From Sphaerodactylus townsendi (taxonomy: Eukaryota), in contig NC_059430.1 of NCBI RefSeq assembly GCF_021028975.2, positions 26,598,001 to 26,662,000 of the forward strand: a DNA stretch of 64,000 bases, in the 5' to 3' direction. Positions 1 through 12,175 of the stretch are shown here, piece by piece (position 1 is the first letter of the stretch; the number at the start of each line of letters is the position of its first letter). The position numbers and the translations under genes were made by a program. A model generated the notes under the pieces. It did no database searches and was not told the origin of the DNA. It saw only the letters and a program-made list of their open reading frames with translations.

Positions 1-29
1 AGCAATGACATAAAGTTGTCCTAAAACTA

Positions 30-283
30 CCCTGTTTCCCCGAATATAAGACATCCCCTGAAAATAAGACATAGTAGAGGTTTTGCTGAAGTGCGAAATA
101 TAATAAAGAGCATCCCCCGAAAGTAAGACGTAGCAAAGTTTTTGTTTGGAAGCATGCCTGACAATGAAGACAGAGACACAAGAGAAAAAAATAAAAGACA
201 TCCCTGAAAGGAAAATAAGACATAGCACATCTTTGGGAGCAAAAATTAATATAAGACACTGTCTTATTTTCGGGGAAACACGG
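30..283. mobile_element. Tc1/mariner-superfamily (Tc2/pogo-like) MITE
   Basis: TIRs CC(C/G)TGTTTCCCCGAA(T/A)ATAAGAC, TA TSD at 28-29 and 284-285, internal ATAAGAC sub-repeats. Confidence 0.85.
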
Positions 284-1337
284 TATTTTGCCTCCTCTCA
301 ATGGAAAAACTCATATTTGCACGCAAAAATACAGTTAAAAAATAAACTGCAGGTTGAAACAAATGCTGGAAATCAGCCGTGACTAAAAGCACAGAATGTT
401 TTACTTTGGGCAAACAAAAAAATAAGTAAACAAGACAATGTAATATTTCATAAAGGCTGATTTGTTTTCAATAAAGAGGAAACAGGAAAAGACATACACA
501 AGACAATGTTTGGACAGGACACACAGGAATGTTCACATTTAAGACATGCCTAAGACCTCCCTTTTGTGGGGGGATCCTAAGCAGTACAATATACACCTAG
601 CCAGACTGAAACTCAAGCACTTTGAATAAAAAGTATGCCTGGTAAGCAAGAATATAGAAACGATGATTTATGGCTCTGGAGGCAGAACGATTCATCACTT
701 GCAACAGGGAGCTGCCACTTCTCCTGTATCAACATGTAGGACATTTGCCTTGAGTCATGATATTCTCACACTGGATGCTTCCACCACCAGCTACCAATGA
801 CAGAGAATAAGGTAGGGGATATGCAAAATTTGCTGTCGCTTGGGATCTTTCACAGTTCCGCAGGGCCTGTAAGACAGTGCTATTCTGCCAGGCCTATGAT
901 TGAGGGTAGCGACAGTTTCTATTCCATTATTAGCTGGCCTGCCTTCACCTTTTCCTCTGAAGTGGAGACCTTAAATATAAGTTAAACTGGACTATCCCTT
1001 GCTGAATTTTATTCTTTAAGCTGCCATGACTGGATGTGGTATGTCACTTTGTATGATTATTTTATTCGGTATGATTATTTTAATATGTTGTAAAGCACTC
1101 TGAGAGCAGTCTAAAAACTGAATCATAAAAATGTACATACATAATATATGGGAGGGGACAGAACTCAACACGGGAGTACATAGTCACAGAGAGTAATGAT
1201 GTTCAGCTCCTGGTGGGTCATACAGCTCCCCCAGCTGGGCTGTGTCTTTGTGGAAGCACTTGCTGCTAGAGCATAATGCATATACAAGCCAAGGCAAGCA
1301 CCTATTTTTGCAAGAAGATCAAGAGGAACAACAGGAC

Positions 1338-1715
1338 CAGAGGTGGGATCCAGCAGGTTCTCATAGGTTCCCTAGAGTAGGTTACTAATTATTTGTGTGT
1401 GCCGAGAGGGGGTTACTAATTGGTGATTTTGCCTTACTTACGCCCCTTCTCTCAGCAGTAGCGCACAGAACTTGAAGCAGTCTAGCAGGAGGTGCACCGG
1501 CGTGTGTGGTAGCCTGCGCCTGCGTGCATTTGTTTCCCGCCCAAGGACCGGCGCAGCGGCTGGGTCCTTGCCACAGCCCCGCCCAGGAATGCCCCGCCCC
1601 AGGAATGCCAGGCCCCGCCCCCGTCGTGCCCCGCCCAGCCCCATTGGTGCTACGCCACAGTTTGAATCCCACCACCATGGGAACCTGTTACTAAAATTTT
1701 TGGATCCCACCACTG
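1338..1715. mobile_element. hAT non-autonomous element
   Basis: TIRs CAG(A/T)GGTGGGATCCA; perfect 8-bp TSD AACAGGAC (1330-1337, 1716-1723); GC-rich core. Confidence 0.9.
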
Positions 1716-3486
1716 AACAGGACCATGAAGTGAAGCCTCTCAGCAGTGTGGGGGATTCCTCTTTGGCTCTGGCCCTTGGTTTGTTCTTCGCTATGGTAAA
1801 CATCTTGCATTATTTCCTATCTGTTGCTCTCTTTTGGAGATTAAAAAATAAGGCCGATGGTGCAAAATAAAGTAAATATATATTTTTATTACTCAGTTAA
1901 AATCCCCCCAAATTCCCTACACAATTTGTCAAGAGGTTCCTTCAGAGGAATTTGTTAAATCTTGCAGTGATTTCCCAAAAAGATTACTTTATTTTGCATC
2001 ATCCGTCTTGGCCTTATTTTTTATCTCCCAGTGACTGGTGCAGCCCTTTTATTTTTCCCTACTGTCCACATTGATATTGGAATTCGGATTTCTTCTCTTG
2101 TTGTCATGTGATCTTGATGTCACATGCTCACAGTTCAGTGGGTCCCGTGCAGCTGCTTGGGGGGTTAAAGCTAGGTCTGGAAAGACTGAAGACCACTGAC
2201 AGGCCATGTACATAGAATTCCGCAAGAACAGGAGACTAGCTTTCTAATACCAAGGAATTATCATCTCCACAACAGGATGTGCATTTCAGGAACTTTTCAA
2301 GCATAGATGGTCACTAATCAGGGAAAACATTCTGAAAGATCCACGCATGTGCGAGGATAACTTCGTTAAGACAGCTGTGAAAAAGAGCTCCACCAGAACC
2401 CCAGATGCGTACGAGGCTCTGCAGTATAGCCAACAGTCATAACTTAATCAAATACCTAATTATGGGAGCTCATTTAATAATGACTACACCAATGTAATAT
2501 CAGAGAGGGTCTGCAAATACTTAAAAATTAAGCCACTTATTAAATTGAATGGATTTAGAGATCTTGCAAGACAGAAAATACAATAAGGCAAATCTCATTT
2601 TTAGCATTTCATTTTAGAAGTGTTAGTATTTAGCAAATCCCATTTTTTAGTATTTCCGGGGGGGGGGATTTCCTCTCCCCACCCCTCTAAGGGAGCAAAC
2701 CATAAACTAAATACAAAAATTATGACTATTTAAAAGCAACTGTTCCTATCTCATGAGAAGAAACCTTTCTTTGCTTCTGGTAAGTGGCTTTTGTGAATTT
2801 GTATAAAGTTTACAAGGAAAGTACAGGATCAGTTTGATCGTAATCAACAGAACGTACATATAGGGCCCAAGCTTATATGCATGTTCATGTGTGCATCAGC
2901 AAATGCACATAATGGGCAGAAATGGGGGGTGGGATGTATGGGGACCCATATTGAGCAACCCTGCTATTCAGGTCATTCCCCAAATAAAAGTATTTTCCCC
3001 ATCATTATGAAACTGTATGAGAAAGGTTGACAAGACCGTACCAGATTCAAAGAAATGCTGCCAGGAAGCAATGCAGTCAAACTTTCAAGGTTATCCCCCT
3101 CCAGCCTTACCGTTGCCTAATTCATAGTTAGGCACAGACTCATGGCAATGTCTTAAATGTACGTACAAAGGAATTTAAAGAGGCAAACAGCAAGATGTTA
3201 CATTTCTCCATCCTCCCCCTTCCGCCCTTTTGATTGTAGTTTGCAACAACATCTAACTCTAGTTCTTCTCAATTATAGTAATAATCATACCCGTTCGCAT
3301 TTATGGTAAAGGCTCTGTACATCTGGAAAATTATGTATTATACATTTCATACGATGTTAAGCTATTCAAGAGGTGCTTGGAAGCGTTCCACCCTCGAAAA
3401 ATTGCCAGGTTTAGTAGCCTATGATTTCACTAACGCTCTTGAACATGGAGCCTTGGAATTGCTTGCAAAACCACAAAGCCACTTAC

Positions 3487-3580
3487 CTCCCTTAAATCGT
3501 TGTCCAAACCAATATGCTCTGAATGCTGGCGAAGGCGATCTTTCCTGCGCTGGGCCGTAGTGCTTCGACTAACCCACCGA
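3487..3580 (-). CDS. DENND5B: DENND5B coding exon 8 (94 nt): (N)RWVSRSTTAQRRKDRLRQHSEHIGLDNDLRE
   Basis: Manual translation; long pyrimidine tract + CTCAG|T, donor GAG|GTAAGT. Confidence 0.95.
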
Positions 3581-3646
3581 CTGAGGTTGAAAAAAAAGAA
3601 AAGGGGCAAGAATTAACTATATTCGGCATCAATTGCAACCAAGGTT

Positions 3647-3675
3647 TTTATTCTTCAATATATCCGTTTACAAGC
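3647..3675 (-). CDS. DENND5B: Candidate alternative acceptor / terminal mini-exon of DENND5B: (K)LVNGYIEE*, stop overlapping AATAAA
   Basis: CTTTATTTTTTCAG|G acceptor 95 nt upstream of exon 8; continuing the exon-7 frame gives TAA at 3650..3648 inside AATAAA (3652..3647). Confidence 0.45.
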
Positions 3676-3877
3676 CTGAAAAAATAAAGTAAACAGAAGG
3701 GCACCCTATGAACCAAATGGAAAAAAGACGAGGGAACGGAGTCAAGACAGCATGCCACATACACTCATTGCAAGTTACTCCTGGCTGGCTAATAACATGC
3801 AAGTTCAGTTCTCCGTTGGGCGGAACTACGGTAATAAGCCTGACGAAAAAGAAGCTGCTGTTCCCAATGTCTTAAAG

Positions 3878-4180
3878 TAGGACTGTCGAACGCATTTGTT
3901 ACGGGGGTCAGGTATGACATAAATGTGACTTGGTCAGACTTGGCCCTAGGCAGTGGGGTGGTAGCTTCGGCTGGCCCCAGTATGGCACTGGTGAGGTGCC
4001 TGGACTGGAGAGTCCACAGTGGGGTGGGGTGGCTGCCTTGAGAGGGCTTATCAGGCCCACAAGCCAGCTAAGGCAACCCCTCCCCCGCTCTTGATTGGGA
4101 ACAGGGGTGGGGTTTTTTTGCCTCAATTGGATTATGGGCCTCCTCAAGGAACAGGATTCAGTCCCTGTTTGACACTCCTG
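3878..4180. mobile_element. Older hAT (Charlie-like) MITE
   Basis: Degenerate CAGGRGTGTCAAAC-type TIRs; TSD TCTTAAAG / TCTTACAG (1 mismatch). Confidence 0.7.
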
Positions 4181-4874
4181 TCTTACAGTATGAGGTGAAA
4201 AATAATTATGAAATTATTATTGCTATAATTATTAATTGAAAATTTACTTATCTTTGATAGTGCTTCCAAATTTGCCACCCTACCCTGTGAGACATTATTC
4301 TCCTTAAGGATGAGGCTGTTCCTGGTTTTGAACATCTTCCACAAGTAATATTTCGTTTAACCACAGTGAGCAAGGGAAGAACTCTATGATCTTGTGAATT
4401 TCCACTAACATCAATTGCCTTTATGTACCAGTTTTCCTCTGCCTTCTATGTAACCCACATCAACAGCATACTAGACATCTGAAATTCTGGTGGAAACAAG
4501 TTTCATAGGCCAACTGTATGGGAGAGGATTTGTTTGAATCCCAGTGATATGTGGATAATCAAATGTGACTTGCACTCCTTGTTAGCAGAGAGAGGTTTTT
4601 TTATTACTGGAATTATAAGAAAATCAAGCATAATGATCATTGTGAAGCTTGCACATATACGCTACTCATTCAGCTTTCCATCATTCTATTCTAGTTCAAA
4701 TTTTAAACCTTTAATAATTAATATCAAACTCAATAATTTCTTATCTATATTGCCTTTAATGCCTTTAGTTGCCCAGATCATAGTTACGACAACAACCACC
4801 TTTATTGGCATGAGACTTTAAAACTATGGAGTACTATACTTAGTGTCACAGATCCTCCTATAGTTTATAAAAAT

Positions 4875-5160
4875 ATGGAATTTATTGTTCACTGATTTCA
4901 TCCAAGAAAACATTCCATGTTCTCTCATACCCTGCAGAAGATCTGCTCTGCACCAATGATGTTAGCTTCCCCACCATTGAATATTTGGTTAGCTTACTTA
5001 TCCGTTCCATGAGATCTAGGTGATGTTCAGCTTTCCACCTTGCTGGAAATACAATTCTTGCTGCTGTTACCATATATTTAAAAAATTCATAATATACTTT
5101 ACTGTATGATACATAGCAGGTTGCATGTAACAGTTGCCCAAGTTCTTTTAAAAATATATA
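4875..5160 (-). mobile_element. Decayed L1-clade LINE ORF2 3' fragment
   Basis: Translation MVTAARIVFPARWK...TWNVFLD resembles the AAR...A..WK...W..F C-terminus of non-mammalian L1 ORF2; AATAAA at the 3' end. Confidence 0.5.
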
Positions 5161-5355
5161 TGAAATTCAGCCACAGAAAGCTGTAAGCATAACCAGTAGG
5201 AAATGCCTAATTATTATTTATTTGATTTAGTATACTGCCCTACCCCCATAGGGCCCTGTAGGCTATTTTTCTGCTTTAAAATGAATGGAAAAACGGAGAA
5301 ATTACTAGAAGGGGGAAAAGGTCAAGCCTCTTCCTCCAGTCAAATTTGAATCTGA

Positions 5356-5496
5356 GGCTCATTCCGCACATGCAGAATAATGCACTTTCAAACTGCTTTC
5401 AGTGCTCTTTGAAGTTGTGCGGAATGGCAAAATCCACTTGCAAACAGTTGTGAAAGTGGTTTGAAAACCCATTATTTTGCGTGTGTGGAATGGGCC
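5356..5496 (+). mobile_element. 141-bp PIF/Harbinger MITE (copy 1)
   Basis: TIRs GGCTCATTCCGCACA / TGTGTGGAATGGGCC; 3-bp TSD TGA; near-identical copies at 54696 and 55565. Confidence 0.88.
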
Positions 5497-6689
5497 TGAG
5501 ACTCACTTCTTCCATAATCTCACTCATCAGTTCCTATAACTGCAACATAGACAGGTTTTTTGTCAGGGATGTGTGTTATGTGTCTCAAAAGGAAGACAAC
5601 AAAAACAAAATATACCCAGGCCCAAAGAAGTAAACCCCATTTCTACAATGCAGTCAGTGCTGGGAAGGTGACACAAGCGCCAACTTCAGGTCTTTTCCAG
5701 AGGACCAGTTTATAGCACAAAAGATTTGCAAATCAAGCAGGGAGGGGGGGAAAGGCATCCAGAATCGTTCCTCCAGCTTCCGGAGTAATACCTAATGTAA
5801 GTTCACGTGCATGGAATTATAGTAATATTTTTATGTTACGCTTGGGATATTGTTCAATTTCACTTACTGTGCCTAATGGTCACAGCGCTCTACTGAGGAA
5901 GAGCTCACGAAAAAGCTTTCATTATTATGAATGGTGTTTTTAAAATGCCTTATTCTGGATATTTTTGCACTCCTAAAGGTGTACAACGATTGTAACCACT
6001 AAGTCCTTCATGTGTGCAGACAGTAAAGGACCATATCTTTAAATTCAACCTGTGTTTCATTACACAGCAAAACAAAAAGAATTTATAGATCACAATTGTT
6101 TCTATGCATACAATTGCATTTTCTACATATGTATATTGTTAGTGGTTTGTATTTTTTGTAACTTTTTGTATTTATGGATGTTTATAGCTGGTTTAGGCAG
6201 CAGTGCACTTGTTTTCACTTTTCAGTTCACTCAGAATATTAATAGTAAGTATTGACGTTTGTGTGTTTGTGTTCTTATGCAGCAGAACTGGGTGTTTTTT
6301 GTTTATTGTTAATTTGCTATTCAGTATGCTTAAGTCCTATTTGTAGTGTGTAATGTACACTTCTAGCATACCCTGGTGCATGGCAGACACCATCCACGAC
6401 AAGTGGAACAACCTATCACTCTTGCCATATTCAGTCACCTTTTTAGAGTTTCTTTCACAATTTCCTTAGAGGGTAAAGCTCCCTCTGCTGTACAAGAGGC
6501 TTGAGAGCACTTACGTTACTCTTTTTTTCTTTTTTAAAAGAGGGATGTTGCAACCTAGGTCAAATCTTTCTCTGCAATGGAGTGAATGTTTTGGAGTTTT
6601 TTAACACCTGTTTTCTGAGCAATGGGTACTGCTTCTCTTTATCACTGAAAGCCCAATATCCCTGCTCTCCAATCACCCATTTATTTAGA

Positions 6690-6995
6690 ATACTTCTACG
6701 TCACCTCTTCAGAGTCCTGTTCAAGGCAGCTTACGATTAAAAACCACAATATTAAAGCACAAGCCATTGGAAAGAGCAATAACTATCCATAAAAAAGAAA
6801 CAATCCATTAAAAGGAAGCAATTAAAAAGCTACTGAGATAAAACTCCTCATTAAAAGCAAAGTAGTCCCCAGGTGAGCCTCAAGGGGGAGCGTGTTCCAA
6901 AGGCAACCACAGAAAATGCCCTGTCTCTAGTTGCCACCTGACTCCCCCAACTGTGGGGGCACAGAGAGCAGGGCTAGAGAGGCAGATCTAAACTG
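6690..6995 (-). mobile_element. Decayed L2 LINE 3' fragment
   Basis: Reverse complement resembles the L2 ORF2 end (RAFSV...WN.LP) plus an A-rich tail; boundaries approximate. Confidence 0.45.
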
Positions 6996-7899
6996 TTTCT
7001 ATTCCACAGAGACAAGATTTTGTGCTCAAAGTTAACACGGTATAATACTGAAGATGTGCAGCACAATTCTATGCACGCTTATTTGGATGCAAGACTCATT
7101 TTGCATCCAAGTAAGTGTGCATAATATTGCAGCTAGAGACCACGGTTGTTACTGTTGTTCATCAGCTGGTCAGAAGTGTGTGAAGAACAACATGTAAGAA
7201 CTTCAGAGGGATTCCACAAGCTGTCATGTTCTATCTGCAAGCTGCTTTAACAATTCATTCTGTTTCTTTGTAAGTAAATTACAAAGAATTACAGGATCCT
7301 CAGTCGAGATTAACATATTAGAGAGCTTATTCAATTACTCAGATTTCATTGTGTATGTGCCTGATTCATTCTGAGTTAACCAGCAGTTTAAACTTTTAAA
7401 ATCGGCTGCAGAAGCCCAACAAACTCTTTGTTCCTGTTTAATTGGAATTCTTTGTTATTAGGAAGGAAGAAGCTAAAGACTCAAACCAAAATTCAGAAGT
7501 GTAAAAAAATTATATTTCAGGATAAGAAACAAGAGTGCTCCCAGAAAGATAATCTTTTTTTAGTTATCAAATCTAAATGCAGAAAACAAACAGGAAGTAG
7601 CACAGATGCGAAAAAACAGCTGTAATGCACCCCCAGTGGTCCACCCTGTCAGGATATAAGATAACGTAATTTGCACTAACTGAAGCTTATGATCGCTTTT
7701 CAAGGTCAGCCCCACTTAAGGTACATTAGAGCAATGTGATTTCAAGGGGGGGGGGCAGGGGGAGCGCTATTAGATAAGGAGCTGGTGCATAGATTTTACT
7801 GGTTTCTGAGTTCCCAAGGTTATAGCATCTACCACTGAAAAAGCAGCCAACATGTTGTGATAAATCATTATATATACTGACATATTTTTAAAAGCTTAC

Positions 7900-8050
7900 T
7901 TGTTATTAGCAGGCCCCGTTGCTAGCACATCTGACTGAAGCTTTGGGAAGAAACCTTGCTCGTATTTGCCTTGACCTATTTTCATATCGAGCAAGTGCGG
8001 ATGAATTGCAGTATGGTCAATCTTTGTTAGCCGCTGTTCGATGGCCTGAG
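7900..8050 (-). CDS. DENND5B: DENND5B coding exon 7 (151 nt): (A)[49 protein letters not shown]
   Basis: Manual translation; TTTTCAG|CT and AA|GTAAGC; phase compatible with exons 6 and 8. Not in the ORF track. Confidence 0.95.
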
Positions 8051-8799
8051 CTGAAAATCAACACACACAATGAAAACATCTTAGCCGGCTTAAAAACAAG
8101 GCATCTGTGTTCCACAGGCCAAGACCAAGCTCTGCAACTTGACTGAAGGTCCACCCGTCAGAAGAATTCTAGGATAGCTGACATAGGTGAAGGGGGGAAA
8201 TTATCATCAGAGGAAGGAAACTGGTCCTACCTCAGGCATACTTTAAGGAAAAATGTAACTGCTGTGCCATGGATACCTAAGCAAAAGGGTAATCCATGTT
8301 TCTGTGTGACATACTAGCCAAGCAAATGTTTGGTGTTCCATGCATATTTGTGGATTAAGAGAACAAAAGAAATTGGATACTATGATCAGCCTGCTGCATC
8401 TCAGAGCAGAGAACAGGGGGCTCGGATGCCACAATATCAACTGAAGTCAATCTTAGGAGGGAAAGCTGACCCGAACGTTGAAACGTTTTGGGGTGCAAAT
8501 TGATAAAAACATTCCTGTATTCTATTTCTAAAATGCAAGCAATGGGGAAAACAAACAAATGAAAACCCATTTTTAGACGTCCTATATACTTGAAATAATA
8601 ATCAACAAGGCCCCATCTGCAGATGCTTAGATGTGGTTTTACATTTTATTAGGTTACAATGCTGCCTTGTGTCATATGGAGAAGCAAGACATAGATTCAC
8701 ATAAATATTCAAAAAGAAGGCAGAAGAGATGAGGAATTACAAACACCTGATTCTCTCAGTTTTTATTATTTCAATGAAAGCTGCCAGACTTATCCATAC

Positions 8800-9031
8800 C
8801 TGCCTCTTTTAAAGTGCCGCACTTTTGATAAGCAGACATTCTTAAGGCAGGAGCCCTGACGTGATACAGCCTCATCTTATCAATCCGTGAATCGAACACT
8901 CGTAGAAAGGGATCTTTTTCTTCCCACTGGGACATAATTTTGTTGTCGATAAACGTTGCAAACATTTGGGTTTCAATGAAGTGTGAGAGGAATGGAAGGT
9001 AAGGCTCAGATTGGTCAGAAAGAAAGGAAGC
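8800..9031 (-). CDS. DENND5B: DENND5B coding exon 6 (232 nt), dDENN: [31 protein letters not shown]...LKEA
   Basis: Inside ORF 8771..9094; dDENN motif F.ETQMF..FI; TCCAG|GCT and GCAG|GTATGG. Confidence 0.97.
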
Positions 9032-9134
9032 CTGGAGAGGGGGAAAGGGAGGGGAAATCCGAAAGAAACAAACAGTCAGAGCACAATTACACACTGCATG
9101 TTGTGTTTCAGCAGTTGGTCTACTCTAGCAGCTT

Positions 9135-9335
9135 GAATAGCCCCAATTAGCCAGATCTCAACAGAGATTGGAAGCTAAGCAGAATCAGCCACAGTTAGTA
9201 CTTGGATGGGAGACCATGGGTGCTATGCAAAGGGCGGTAATGGCAAACCAACCCCCTTGTTCCTCTCTTGCCTTGGAATCCCCACTAGGCAAAACTTCAT
9301 AGGGTCACCATGAGTCAATTGTGACTTGATTGAGC
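9135..9335 (+). mobile_element. 5S rRNA-derived SINE (SINE3 / 5S-Sauria-like)
   Basis: 5S internal control region remnant GAAGCTAAGCAG...GTTAGTACTTGGATGGGAGACC followed by non-5S body and RTE-like tail; boundaries approximate. Confidence 0.75.
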
Positions 9336-9865
9336 AAAACTACAATTATTCTATCCTAGGGAAGTTCACAGACTATATGGTTCAATAGCAAATTGTGTTT
9401 GTAAAAAGAAAGGAAGCCAGATGAAGTTCCGCAATCAAAACACTCAGACCATCTCAAAGTCCCAGTTTGCTACCTTTCATGGGACTGAATCCTGCAGATT
9501 TGTTCTGCTAATAGCACAGGGAAGAACATTCCCTCACTCCATTCAACACAGGAAAGTGCCACCATTAGCAGAAAACATCAAAAGGAGCCAACCCATTAAC
9601 TTTTACGACACTCACAGGGCGTCATGGCTTGCTGATGGATATCCCTTTCATGGCGGTGAATCCTATGCAAAGCTAGCACAGCCTTCGTTCATGATTTCAG
9701 TTGGTTTAGACTGGAGTGAATCTGCAAAGGATTGTACTGCTGGTCTCAAGACAGGCCTGACTCACTCACAAGACTAGCATAAAAACATTTCCTGAAAGAC
9801 CAAAGGCTTGTGGCAATGCATCCCCTGACAGAAACTCAATATATTGTTCTTAAGATGCTTTAAGC

Positions 9866-9998
9866 CCGTGGTGGCGAACCTATGGCACTCCAGATGTTCA
9901 AGGACTACAATTCCCATCAGCCCCTGCCAGCAGGGCCAATTGGCTGATGGGAATTGTAGTCCATGAACATCTGGAGTGCCACAGGTTCGCCACCACTG
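9866..9998. mobile_element. 133-bp fold-back hAT MITE (copy 1)
   Basis: Palindromic arms beginning C(A/C)GTGGTGGCGAACCTATGGCACTCCAGATG; 8-bp TSD CTTTAAGC. Confidence 0.92.
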
Positions 9999-10564
9999 CT
10001 TTAAGCAACAAACTGCCTCAAAATAAGTCCAGATTTAAACTGGAGGGAGGGAATCCATCACATCATTTTAAAAAAATTAATTGGATTCAGACTGATTCTC
10101 TATCAGTATTTCACTTACAGCCTAATTTATAATTTAACTATTTTCTACAGGGGGCAAAAATTTAAAATTACCTGAGGAGATAATAAATAAATTGACAGCA
10201 AATCTAAATAGGACTGCCCTGATATATATCCACGGGACACTGGTATCAAAACTCATACATAATGGTTACATTCTTGTGATTGGGGAGGTGAGGGAGAAAT
10301 CTGACTATGGTAATAGCACATGTAAAGTTGGCGATACCAAAGTTAGAGCATTGGTGCATCAAATGCAGTGTTCTCCGATGGCACTTCTCCCAGACTTTAG
10401 TTCAGAGATCTCACTCCTCAGTACTCTACTACCTGAAGTCCTCTGAAAATACAAGGGCTGAACTCCTGGCTTTGCAAGCATGTGCTCTACCCACTGTTCT
10501 AAGGGGCTTGTAAACTGTAGACCGATTAGAACAGCTTAGAAGATAAAGATCTGGCTGCTTTTAC

Positions 10565-11101
10565 TTTGTCAAAGTTCTGCATCTGTTCCCTGTTTGTCAG
10601 CCACGACTCCCTGTCCTGTGCCGCTTGAATGACGAAGGCCTCGTAATCAGAAAACATCTGTGTGAAGCGGTTGGCAAAGACCTCCCGAAGCAGTACGTTC
10701 AGTTTATAGTCCCTTAGCTCTCCTTCTTCGCACTGAAGCTTCACGTCTCTTTCCTTCTCTGCCAGGGGAGAGGTAATGCTCATTTTATCTACTGCCACTC
10801 CTGTCCTCTTTGCCAAAGCCTGGAGGCGGGCAATGGTTTCGTTGCCTTTCAGCAGCTCATACATGTTGATGGTGTTGCTGGGGATGTTCCCATTTTTTTT
10901 ATCATTGGCCAACTCGTTCAAGACAAGGTTCTTCAGCTTAGTGGCATTCTCGCTAGAATGGAAGGTGGCTTCCAGGGGGACCTCGAACTGAAGGAGAACC
11001 TCGGAGATTTCCTGGATGAAATCCAGCTTGTTGGGAAACTGAGGCAGTTCCTCTGGTAGCTCAATGAAATGGTTATCAATATCCACAAAGCAGAGGTTAG
11101 C
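10565..11101 (-). CDS. DENND5B: DENND5B coding exon 5 (537 nt): [11 protein letters not shown]...EQMQNFDK
   Basis: Inside ORF 10526..11122; CCCCAG|GCT and AAA|GTAAAA; phase 0/0. Confidence 0.97.
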
Positions 11102-11174
11102 CTGGGGAGAAAAGCATGCCAAATATATGTTAAAAGAGGAATCAGCACCGTTTATATTCTAATAGTGCGGCACC

Positions 11175-11365
11175 TCTAAAAGCCCAAACTAGTCTGAACT
11201 CATCAGAACTTGGAAGATAAGCAAGGTCAGTACTTGGATGGAGGCCACCAAGGAAAACTGGGGATACTTAGCTGCCATCTTTTCTCACCTCTTGCCCTGA
11301 AAACCCTATTAGGTGGAACGTAATGGGGTTGCCATGAATTGGTTGTTACTTTACACCACACTTTA
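11175..11365 (+). mobile_element. 5S-derived SINE, degenerate
   Basis: GGAAGATAAGCAAGGTCAGTACTTGGATGGAGGCCACCAAGGAA and the same body as the 9135 copy. Confidence 0.6.
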
Positions 11366-11391
11366 CCTATAATCTAATAATGGCCTTATTC

Positions 11392-11525
11392 CAGTGGTGG
11401 TGAACCTATGGCACTCCAGATGTTCATGAACTACAATTCCCATCAGCCCCTGCCAGCATGGCCAATTGGGGCTGATGGGAATTGTAGTCCATGAACATCT
11501 GGAGTGCCATAGGTTCGCTACCCAG
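11392..11525. mobile_element. 134-bp fold-back hAT MITE (copy 2)
   Basis: Same family as 9866; TSD CCTTATTC. Confidence 0.92.
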
Positions 11526-11731
11526 CCTTATTCTATGCACAAAGAATCATAAAAGCTCAGGTTCCAATCCCTCACTTAGCCACATTGGTAACAACAATTC
11601 AGACCACTACTCAGTACTTCCTTTGCCTGACAGCAGCACTCCTATATATTCGCCAGTTCTTTCCCAATACCTTTTCCAAGAAAGCTCAATATATGCTTTT
11701 GTCAAGTCAGTAATTCAAAATACCTCACTAG

Positions 11732-12175
11732 GGCCCCTTCCACACGGAGGTGGAAGGGGTTGGGTCAGCGTAACCCACGCTGACCCGACGACGCTGGGAC
11801 CGTCCGCATGGCGACTCACCAGCCCCACGGCCCTCCGGCACATCGCCGAGGCCAGGGGACACGCCCCCCTGCCCTGCACGGCCGCTCTAGGGTCGCAGGG
11901 CAAAGGGGGCGTGTCCCCAGGCCTTGGCGACGCGCCGGATGGCCGCGGGACTGGTGAGTCGCCCGGTGGGGGGGAAGGCACTTGGAAGCCCCAAGCCGGC
12001 GTATCCAAAAAACCACACTGGGGAAGTGTGGTTTGGAAACGCCGGCTTCGCGCTGGTCAGGCGGCGCGAGGGCAGCGCGGCTGCACAGCAGCTGCACCCC
12101 CTGTGCAAATGGCGGCCTGGGGACAGCGTTTTTGCCATCCCCAGGCCGCCATATTCCGCCCATGCGGAAAGGGCC
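11732..12175. mobile_element. 444-bp GC-rich PIF/Harbinger MITE
   Basis: TIRs GGCCCCTTCCACA / TGCGGAAAGGGCC (same type as the 141-bp family); 3-bp TSD TAG; CpG-rich, so probably young. Confidence 0.85.

Noticed and set aside
1385-1870. Overlapping 97-132 aa ORFs
   Set aside because: Lie in the GC-rich core of a hAT MITE; no transposase motifs.
9135-9335. 5S rRNA gene (also 11175, 13755, 53770, 56845)
   Set aside because: Only the internal control region is 5S-like, diverged and fused to a SINE body and tail.
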